DNA from: Candidatus Woesearchaeota archaeon
GTDB lineage: Archaea; Nanobdellota; Nanobdellia; Woesearchaeales; GW2011-AR15
Length of the DNA stretch: 14,566 bases
Assembly: GCA_038874655.1 (NCBI GenBank)
Contig: JAVZBY010000007.1
Span: forward strand, 1-14,566
Direction of reading: 5' to 3'
In this document: in pieces, positions 7,687 through 14,566 of the stretch
Position numbering within the stretch: position 1 is the stretch's first letter
How the letters are laid out: each line of letters opens with the position of its first letter
Program-made: the position numbers and the translations under genes
Notes under the pieces: generated by a model
Told to the model about the DNA's origin: nothing
Databases searched by the model: none
What the model saw: only the letters and a program-made list of their open reading frames with translations

Positions 7687-7711
7687 TTATTATAGTATTT
7701 TACTATAATAA
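7687..7711. promoter_or_regulatory. Perfect 11-bp palindrome (putative operator) upstream of the ATPase gene
   Basis: TTATTATAGTA-ttt-TACTATAATAA, plus an extra half-site TTACTATA at 7716-7723. Confidence 0.6.
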
Positions 7712-7718
7712 TAAATTA

Positions 7719-7737
7719 CTATATAAATCTTTTGGTT
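7719..7737 (-). promoter_or_regulatory. BRE/TATA promoter of the ATPase gene
   Basis: Minus strand reads AACCAAAAGA-TTTATATAG. Confidence 0.6.
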
Positions 7738-7752
7738 TTTATTTATAAAAAA

Positions 7753-7905
7753 CTAAAAAGAATCAATAATATTATCTATTTCATACAACAAAACATTTTC
7801 TTTTTTTGCTAGTTCTTTCATTTTTTTAGTAAATCATGATTTATAAAATTACAATCGATTTAAAAAATCTAAATTCTTCTCCCTATTATAAAATTGTTGA
7901 AATAT
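7753..7905 (-). pseudogene. Internally deleted remnant of an ATPase paralog (N-terminus joined to C-terminus)
   Basis: A single minus frame reads IFQQFYNREKNLDFLNRL*FYKS*FTKKMKELAKKENVLLYEIDNIIDSF*. The intact gene starts FINREKELSELNNL and ends FSKSGFNKKMKELAKKENVLLYDINDII. DNA at 7793-7842 is near-identical to 6291-6340. Confidence 0.85.
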
Positions 7906-8056
7906 GATTATTATATGTAATTTTTTTGGTTTTTATTAAAATTGCTATATAAAAAAAAGATTTTTAGAAAAAATAGTTGTGAGTTGGTTATTAATTTTGA
8001 TAGAGATAAGATGATGTTTATTGTTTGGAAATAGAAAATAAAGATAAAATTATTTT

Positions 8057-8653
8057 TTAAGAATTAATATATTTTTCAATAACATTTTGGTAAAGTTGAT
8101 TTAAATACCTACCAGGTTCTGCTGCTATTTTTGTATCATCTTTAATCCCTAAATACTTTGCTACAGCTTTTCTATGAGAATCTTTTGTATTATCATATCC
8201 TCTAAAAATAAATTCTGCTGCTTTTTCTTCAAGTAATTGTCTATGCCTTTCATTAGTTTGTTTAACCTTTTGTAGGAAATCTTTTTCACCAACAGACTTT
8301 AAAATTGCTTCTTTATTTGGCAAAAATATATTATCAATTAAATGTTTTATAAACTCATCTTTTGCTAACTCATTAGTATTAACATATGCATGTAACGGAT
8401 GCATTTCATTTTTATATGATAACAACTCATCAATTTTTGCTCTTAAAGCATCTTTATCCTCTTTGCTTAATTTATAATGATGTTCAGGTGGTAAATTTTT
8501 TTCTTTAGTGAATCTTATCACTTCACTCCAGATAGAACCAGATAAGGCCTCTAAATACATCATACTTCTTTGTGTTAATTCATGCCTGCTTATAATAAGA
8601 TCTTCTAGTGTTGAATGATCCTCAAAAGAAGGCTTTTTTTTCTCATCTGACAT
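8057..8653 (-). CDS. Hypothetical soluble, helical protein
   Basis: 198-aa ORF with a strong SD (AAGGTGA) just upstream of the ATG. No family recognised. Confidence 0.75.
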   Translation of the reverse strand: MSDEKKKPSFEDHSTLEDLIISRHELTQRSMMYLEALSGSIWSEVIRFTKEKNLPPEHHYKLSKEDKDALRAKIDELLSYKNEMHPLHAYVNTNELAKDEFIKHLIDNIFLPNKEAILKSVGEKDFLQKVKQTNERHRQLLEEKAAEFIFRGYDNTKDSHRKAVAKYLGIKDDTKIAAEPGRYLNQLYQNVIEKYINS

Positions 8654-8744
8654 CTTTTTTCACCTTTCCATAGTTATTACATTATTTATTTAATTTATAC
8701 TATAAAAACCTTTCTTTTTAAAAAGGTTTCTTTTATTAGAATAA

Positions 8745-9068
8745 TTAATTAGTTTTATTAAATTTTTTTAAATGAAATTTTTTTCTTTTAAAGAAATAAA
8801 TAATTGTTAAAATAAGTGTAATTGTGGTCAAGTAAATCCATAAATTTAAAGCAGTAATGCCACCAGTAATGTCTTTCATTGTTTTGTTATAGCCAAGAAA
8901 TAAGCCAACAGCTATGTCTATGCAGATACTTAAAACAAAACCTAATGCAATTTTTTCTAATTGTTCTAATTCATCAAAGAAAATTAATGCTAGAAGATAG
9001 CCAGGGATAAATAAAGCTAATGGCAAACCTATTATTACTCTTAAGATTTGGATTATTGTTTCTATCAT
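8745..9068 (-). CDS. DUF1616 membrane domain protein (N-terminal TM half)
   Basis: LRVIIGLPLALFIPGYLL...LEKIALGFVLSI...GL.L signature, about 3 TM helices. ATGA overlap with the upstream gene. Confidence 0.8.
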   Translation of the reverse strand: MIETIIQILRVIIGLPLALFIPGYLLALIFFDELEQLEKIALGFVLSICIDIAVGLFLGYNKTMKDITGGITALNLWIYLTTITLILTIIYFFKRKKFHLKKFNKTN

Positions 9069-9895
9069 GCTCTAAACCTCAATGCAGCATTCCATGGAAG
9101 TGAGTAAACAATTTTAGTTTTTTCACAATCAACTGATTCTTTTTCTTTTCCTATATCTGCAATTAATTTGTTTGCATATATTTTTTCATCGCCAATTATT
9201 ATGTAATTAATGTATAAATTTCTGTCCAATGTTTCGTTTTTGAAGTCATTGTCAAACACAATGTCAATAAGATCATATTCTTCAATTGTGATGTTTGTAT
9301 TTATTAATTCTGGTTCGTTCAAGGTTTTATTAAATATTTCTATGCCATTTTTTCTTATTTTTAGGTTGCTATCATTACCTGAGGCATTTATTGCTAATAA
9401 ACCCGTTAGGTTTATTTTAGGCACACAGTCAATTAATGCGATGTAATCTGGATATTTAAAAACAATATCCTCATTATAAACAAAGAAATGAATGTCTTGT
9501 AAAGAATCATTTTTAGTTTGTTCTACTGTTGTTTTAACTTTTACTTTTTTTACTTCTGGAATTTTATAAGATAATGTTAGATTTTTGTATTCTTCTTTTT
9601 TTACAAAAACATTTTCTTGATATATTGTTTCAGATTTATTTTCGCTTGCTGTTTCATATTCTAGAATTATTTTTAAATTATAATATGTGTCGTTTTTTTC
9701 ATGGTTTGCTATTGTAATGTTAAAAAAATATTCTTGATTTGGTTTTACTGAAAAAGGCAATGATTTATGGTTTGTGTAATATAGTTCAGTAAAATATTCT
9801 GGTTCTGGTCTGAGGAAAATTAATGATAAGATAACTACAAATATTCCAATAATTAAAGCAATAATCATTGCATTGTATAGAGATTCATCTTCCAT
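9065..9895 (-). CDS. Membrane-anchored surface protein: DUF1616 C-terminal-like domain + CBM60-like carbohydrate-binding module
   Basis: N-terminal TM helix followed by PEPEYFTELY...P...IANHE...Y. C-terminal IVFDND....DRNLYINYI motif. Many NxS/T sequons. Confidence 0.7.
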   Translation of the reverse strand: MEDESLYNAMIIALIIGIFVVILSLIFLRPEPEYFTELYYTNHKSLPFSVKPNQEYFFNITIANHEKNDTYYNLKIILEYETASENKSETIYQENVFVKKEEYKNLTLSYKIPEVKKVKVKTTVEQTKNDSLQDIHFFVYNEDIVFKYPDYIALIDCVPKINLTGLLAINASGNDSNLKIRKNGIEIFNKTLNEPELINTNITIEEYDLIDIVFDNDFKNETLDRNLYINYIIIGDEKIYANKLIADIGKEKESVDCEKTKIVYSLPWNAALRFRA

Positions 9896-10227
9896 TTATT
9901 TTATTTTGAAAATATCTTTTATTATATAAGTTTTCTTTTTTTGATAGTTTTTTAATATCAACTTTATTATAATCCAAAATTTTAATATATCTTTTGAATA
10001 ACAATAAATTATCATGTGTTTTATTTGCTTTTAAATGGAAAAATAGATTTTAAGATTGGAATGATTTTGTTTTAAAAATAAAGAAGTGTTGGTTTGTCTT
10101 AATAAAGAATTAATTACTATTGAATAAAATATAAGAAAAATTCATAATAGAGAAATTAAAATAATTAAATTACTTATAAGTAGTAAAAAAAATAAATTTA
10201 AATATAGAGTGGTTTTTATATGATAAT

Positions 10228-11304
10228 ATGAAGACTTGTGTTTTACATATAGGTAAATATTACGAACCATATCTCGGCGGAATGGAATCATTTACATATT
10301 CTTTATATAAGGAATTAGAAAAAAAAATTGATTTAAAGGTTATTTCTTATAATACTATTAGAAAAACAGAAATTTTGAATGAAAAATATAAAAAAGTTAT
10401 TAAAATAAGTAATTTATTTAAATTTAGATCACAGCCAATTTCTATTTCTTTATTTTTTTGGCTTAAAAAATTACTTAAAGAAGTTGATATAGTTCATGTT
10501 CATCATCCAAATCCTTTGGTAGAATTTTATTTATTACCCTTATTAAAAAATAAAAAACTCATAGTTACTTATCATACTGATATAGTAAGACAAAAATTTT
10601 TAAAAAAATTATATTCTCCTTTTTTGTATAAATTTTTAGATAAATCTTCTCATATTATTGCTACAAGCCCAAATTATGTTAAAAGTTCAAAAATTTTACA
10701 AAAATATAAAAAAAAAGTTGTTGTTATTCCTTTGGGATTAGCTCTTGATGAAATTAGAAAGAATAAAATTAAAGATAATTTAGATTTAAAGAAAAAATAT
10801 GGAGATTATATACTATATGTTGGTAGATTGGTTTATTATAAAGGAGTTGAATATTTGATAAAATCTGCCAGATATATAAAAAACAATATCTTAATTATAG
10901 GAACAGGGCCATTAGAAAAAAAATTAAAAAAAATTGCACCAAAAAATGTTATTTTTTTAGGAAAGGTTCCATATCTTGAGTTATACTATCAAAATTGTAA
11001 GTTATTTGTTTTACCTTCATCAGAAAGAACTGAAGCATTTGGAATGGTTATTTTAGAAGCAATGTCTTTTGGAAAGCCAATTATTTCAACAGAATTAGGA
11101 ACTGGAACAAGTTTTATAAATATAAATGGTAAAACAGGTTTTGTTGTAAAACCAAAGGATGAAAAAGAATTAGCAAAAGCAATAAATAAAATATTATGTG
11201 ATGAAAACTTATATAAAAAATTTTGTAAAAATTCTTTATATAGAGTAAAAGAATTTGATATAAAAAAAATTGCAGATTCTTATTTGAGGTTGTATTATGA
11301 ATAA
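10228..11304 (+). CDS. Glycosyltransferase family 4 (GT-B)
   Basis: HIGKYY.P..GGME, HVHHPNP, TYHTDIVRQ, VGRLVYYKG and EAFGMVILEAM (Ex7E). Confidence 0.92.
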   Translation: MKTCVLHIGKYYEPYLGGMESFTYSLYKELEKKIDLKVISYNTIRKTEILNEKYKKVIKISNLFKFRSQPISISLFFWLKKLLKEVDIVHVHHPNPLVEFYLLPLLKNKKLIVTYHTDIVRQKFLKKLYSPFLYKFLDKSSHIIATSPNYVKSSKILQKYKKKVVVIPLGLALDEIRKNKIKDNLDLKKKYGDYILYVGRLVYYKGVEYLIKSARYIKNNILIIGTGPLEKKLKKIAPKNVIFLGKVPYLELYYQNCKLFVLPSSERTEAFGMVILEAMSFGKPIISTELGTGTSFININGKTGFVVKPKDEKELAKAINKILCDENLYKKFCKNSLYRVKEFDIKKIADSYLRLYYE

Positions 11305-12250
11305 TAAAAAGATTTGTTTGATTGCAAGTGCGGGAGGCCATTTAAATGAAATATTAGAATTCAAAAAATTTATTGACAAGAATCTAATTTATATAGTAAC
11401 TCAAAAAAGAGAAGATTCCTATAGTTTGAATTATAAAAATATATATTTTATTCAAGATACAGGCAGAAATTTTTATCATGTATTAAAAAATATTTATGAT
11501 AGTTTTAAAATTTTCTTGAAAGAAAAACCAGATATTGTTATTTCTACAGGTGCTGGTTCTGCTTTAGAAACTATGTATATTGCAAAATTATTTGGGAAAA
11601 AGGTTATTTTTATAGAAAGTTTTTCTAGATTCAATTCTTTATCTTTAACAGGTAAGCTTATTTATCCTTTCGCAGATAAATTCTTTGTTCAATGGAAAAG
11701 CATGTTAAAATATAAAAAAGCTGAATATATAGGACAATTATTAACAATTGAACCTAAAAAATATAAAAAAGAAAAAAAAACAATTTTTTTAACAGTAGGA
11801 ACTAGTAATAAACCTTTTGATAGATTAATAAAATTGGTTGATGAAATGGCTTTAAAAGAATTAAAAGATTATAAAATATTTGGACAAATTGGGGCATCAA
11901 AGTATTTACCTAAAAATTTTAATTATGAAAAATATTTAACTACAAAAGAAATGGAAGAGAATTATAAAAACTCTGAAATTGTTATTTGTCATGCAGGAAC
12001 TGGCTCAATAATAAATGCTTTAAATTATGGTTGTAAGGTGTATGTTATGCCTAGATTAAAAAAATATGGAGAAAATGTAGATGATCATCAGTTAGAAATA
12101 GCAGAAGAATTTGAAAGAATAAATTATATATCAACTTTTACTGATAAAGATGAATTTTTTAAAAAAATGAAAACTGAAAAAAAAATTGAAGAACAAAAAA
12201 AAAATTTTAATTATAATATTCTTCTAAAAGAAATTCAAAATGAAAAATAA
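11297..12250 (+). CDS. Fused Alg14-like (PssD/Cps14F) + Alg13-like (PssE/Cps14G, GT28-C) glycosyltransferase
   Basis: N-half SAGGHL...ISTGAG...FIESFSR..SLTGK..FFVQW. C-half IFLTVGT..PFDRL..QIG..HAGTGSI..PRL..YGE.VDDHQ. Confidence 0.9.
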   Translation: MNNKKICLIASAGGHLNEILEFKKFIDKNLIYIVTQKREDSYSLNYKNIYFIQDTGRNFYHVLKNIYDSFKIFLKEKPDIVISTGAGSALETMYIAKLFGKKVIFIESFSRFNSLSLTGKLIYPFADKFFVQWKSMLKYKKAEYIGQLLTIEPKKYKKEKKTIFLTVGTSNKPFDRLIKLVDEMALKELKDYKIFGQIGASKYLPKNFNYEKYLTTKEMEENYKNSEIVICHAGTGSIINALNYGCKVYVMPRLKKYGENVDDHQLEIAEEFERINYISTFTDKDEFFKKMKTEKKIEEQKKNFNYNILLKEIQNEK

Positions 12251-13301
12251 AATCTTAATTATTGGAGCATTACCACCGCCAATAGGAGGAATGGAAACTT
12301 TTGTAAAGATTCTTTCTGAATTAAAATTTGAAAATTTTGAAATTAAAATTATGAATGTCGCAAAAAATAAAATTATAAAGTTAAACATTTTTTTTAATGT
12401 TGCAAATTTTATATATAGATGTTTTAAATTAATTTTTCTTATAATTTTTTTAAATCCTTCAATTGTACATATAAACTTAACAAGTAATAAGGATTTTTTA
12501 CAAAAAAAATATTTTTTTTATATAGCAAAATTTTTTAAAAAAAAAGTAATAGTTCATAATCATGGTGGAAATTTTATAGATTTCTATCAAAATAGTAAAA
12601 ACAAAAAAGAAATTGAATATATCTTTAAAAAAGCAGATAAAGTTTTAGTTTTAACAGATTCTTGGAAAAAAAAATATTTGGATTTATTTAATTTAAATAA
12701 TATTGATTTTATTTATAATCCATTAGATAAAAATTTATATAGATATATTCAAAAAAAAAAAGTAAAAAAGAATTTTATTGTATTATATGTTGGTAGATTA
12801 GAAAAAGAAAAAGGTGTTTATGACTTATTACAAGCCATCACCCTAGACAACTCAAAAGACACAAAGTATGTTTTTGTTGGTCCTTTTGAAGATAAAAATA
12901 AATTTTTTAGTGAGGTTGAAAGATTAAAAATAAAAGATAAAATTGAAGTTGTTGGTGAAGTAATTGGAGAAGAAAGATTTAAATATTTTGCTTCTGCTGA
13001 TGTATTAGTATTGCCCTCTTATGCAGAAGGTTTGCCAATGGTTATTTTAGAAGCTTTTGCTTTTGGATTGCCAGTTATCTCAACAAAAGTAGGTGGAATT
13101 CCTGATGTTGTTAAAAAAGAAAATGGGATTTTAATAAATCCGGGAGATGTAAAAGCATTAGCAAAAAGTATAAAAAAAATTAAAGCTTCAGATTTAAATA
13201 AATATAGAAAAATCAACATGAAAGAATCTGAAAAATATAGTGTTGATAAATTTAAAGAAAAGTTGGAAAAGATTTATGAAGACTTATTGAAAAGAAAATG
13301 A
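12240..13301 (+). CDS. Glycosyltransferase family 4 (GT-B)
   Basis: PPPIGGM, HNHGG, VGRL...KG and LPSYAEGLPMVILEA..GLPVISTKVGGIP. Confidence 0.92.
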   Translation: MKNKILIIGALPPPIGGMETFVKILSELKFENFEIKIMNVAKNKIIKLNIFFNVANFIYRCFKLIFLIIFLNPSIVHINLTSNKDFLQKKYFFYIAKFFKKKVIVHNHGGNFIDFYQNSKNKKEIEYIFKKADKVLVLTDSWKKKYLDLFNLNNIDFIYNPLDKNLYRYIQKKKVKKNFIVLYVGRLEKEKGVYDLLQAITLDNSKDTKYVFVGPFEDKNKFFSEVERLKIKDKIEVVGEVIGEERFKYFASADVLVLPSYAEGLPMVILEAFAFGLPVISTKVGGIPDVVKKENGILINPGDVKALAKSIKKIKASDLNKYRKINMKESEKYSVDKFKEKLEKIYEDLLKRK

Positions 13302-14566
13302 AAAATTTTATTAAAAAAAATTATAAAAAAATTTTGATATTATTATTAATTTATGTAATGCTTTTTTTTTATAATTTTCCTCTAAATACAAAACCGAATC
13401 AATATGATACTTATGTTTATATGAGTTTAGCGAATGATATTAATAATAAAGGTTATATTCAATGGACTTTGTCTCCTTTATCTTTAACAGGATTTTATCC
13501 AAATTCTTATCAAACAGGTGGAATTTTATTTTTATCAGTTTTAAAAAGCTTACTTGCTTTAGATTATGAACCCTTGATATTTATATTTGATTTTTTTTCA
13601 ACAATTTATTTTTCAATAATAATATATCTTTTTTTAAAAAAATTAATAAAAAAAACTAACTATTTTTTATATATTTTATCTTTATTAATATTTTTATTTT
13701 CTAAATATGTTCTAGGAAATTTAAATTTAGTTTTTCATGTAAGAAGTGTATTTTTAATGTTTTTTTTAATTATTATTTATATCTTATTTTTAAAATTTAA
13801 AAATAAAAAAATATTATTCTTAATTTTATTTGCATTTTCAATAATATTACATAGAATGTTTATTTTAATTTTTTTAATTTTATTTTCATATTATTTATCA
13901 AAAGTAATCTTTTCTTTTTATATTAATAAAAAGTATGAAAATTATGCTTTTTTATTAGAAATTTTTTTATTTTTTAGTTCTATTATTTTATTTTTTATAT
14001 CAATAAACAAAGTTGGTATAATTGAATTAGGACAAAATTTAACAATATATGATATTTCAACAGAAACTTTATTAGGAAAAATAGTAATAACTTTAATAAG
14101 AATTATATTTAACACAGGATTTTATTTCATTTTTTCTATAATAGGATTTTTTTATTTAATTTTTAAAAAAAATAAAAATTTTGAAGAAATCTTTATCTTA
14201 CTAAGTTTTTATTTGTTTATACCTTTACTATCTGAAACAACTTATTTACCTTATTTATTAACAATATTTTATGTTCTAATTTTAATAATATTTATTTATG
14301 ATTTAATTGATTTTAATATTTACAAGATTAGGTCAAATTTTTTTATAAATGGAAATAATTATTTTTACAAAAAAATAATTTTTATATTTTTTCTTTTTTT
14401 AATAATTTTACCTCTTTTTATACAATTTAGACCAAACATTCAATTTTTTAAAAAAAATGAAATTAATTACTATAATTATAAAGAAACAGACAATTTAAAA
14501 AAATTTTTAGTTAATAATTTAGAAAAAGATTATAAAATTACTTGTAATTCAATTTTATATTTATTT
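13298..14566 (+). CDS. Multi-pass membrane protein, GT-C-like (or polymerase-like), truncated by the window edge
   Basis: ATG 13298 overlaps the upstream TGA (ATGA), and the frame appears open to the end of the window. One TM helix, then loop NQYDTYVYMSLA..INNKGYIQWTLSPLSLTGFYPNSY, then many hydrophobic segments. Missing from the ORF track. Confidence 0.75.
   Translation, partial: MKNFIKKNYKKILILLLIYVMLFFYNFPLNTKPNQYDTYVYMSLANDINNKGYIQWTLSPLSLTGFYPNSYQTGGILFLSVLKSLLALDYEPLIFIFDFFSTIYFSIIIYLFLKKLIKKTNYFLYILSLLIFLFSKYVLGNLNLVFHVRSVFLMFFLIIIYILFLKFKNKKILFLILFAFSIILHRMFILIFLILFSYYLSKVIFSFYINKKYENYAFLLEIFLFFSSIILFFISINKVGIIELGQNLTIYDISTETLLGKIVITLIRIIFNTGFYFIFSIIGFFYLIFKKNKNFEEIFILLSFYLFIPLLSETTYLPYLLTIFYVLILIIFIYDLIDFNIYKIRSNFFINGNNYFYKKIIFIFFLFLIILPLFIQFRPNIQFFKKNEINYYNYKETDNLKKFLVNNLEKDYKITCNSILYLF

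Noticed and set aside
7834-7836. In-frame TGA at a conserved Gly position, suggesting a TGA=Gly genetic code
   Set aside because: It lies in a pseudogene that also has a TAA. Intact genes contain no internal TGA, and TGA acts as a stop in ATGA overlaps (9065-9068, 13298-13301).
9210-9446. Plus-strand 78-aa ORF
   Set aside because: Antisense shadow of the surface protein gene.
12751-12761. A11 homopolymer in a GT4 gene as a phase-variation tract
   Set aside because: Long A/T runs occur throughout this AT-rich window, and the reading frame is intact.
11114-13219. Minus-strand ORFs 11114-11341 and 13019-13219
   Set aside because: Antisense shadows of glycosyltransferase genes.

Overview
Very AT-rich archaeal chromosomal DNA in the standard code. 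TFE, DUF2073/DUF2072, the MJ-type ATPase, BRE/TATA promoters and GGTGA ribosome-binding sites make it archaeal. The composition and gene style suggest a DPANN (Woesearchaeota-like) genome, which is inference only. Left to right: (1) a wHTH-MNT/HEPN toxin-antitoxin pair, with the HEPN gene running off the left edge and missing from the ORF track; (2) a short GC-richer island that reads as a metal-binding-repeat fragment or small peptide; (3) a radical SAM/SPASM-like enzyme; (4) a GalE-like epimerase; (5) a hypothetical gene, tfe with a long Lys-rich tail, and a DUF3467-like gene; (6) divergent from these, a complete arvABC/oapABC operon (small GTPase, DUF2073, Zn-ribbon), a system linked to extracellular-vesicle formation in Haloferax; (7) an archaeal ATPase-wHTH-PD-(D/E)xK gene with an operator palindrome, preceded by an internally deleted ghost paralog; (8) an orphan gene; (9) a DUF1616 protein split into two genes in swapped order, one carrying a CBM60-like domain; (10) a surface-glycan cluster of GT4, fused Alg14/Alg13-like GT, GT4 and a GT-C-like membrane protein running off the right edge. 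No rRNA, tRNA, CRISPR array or transposase was seen.
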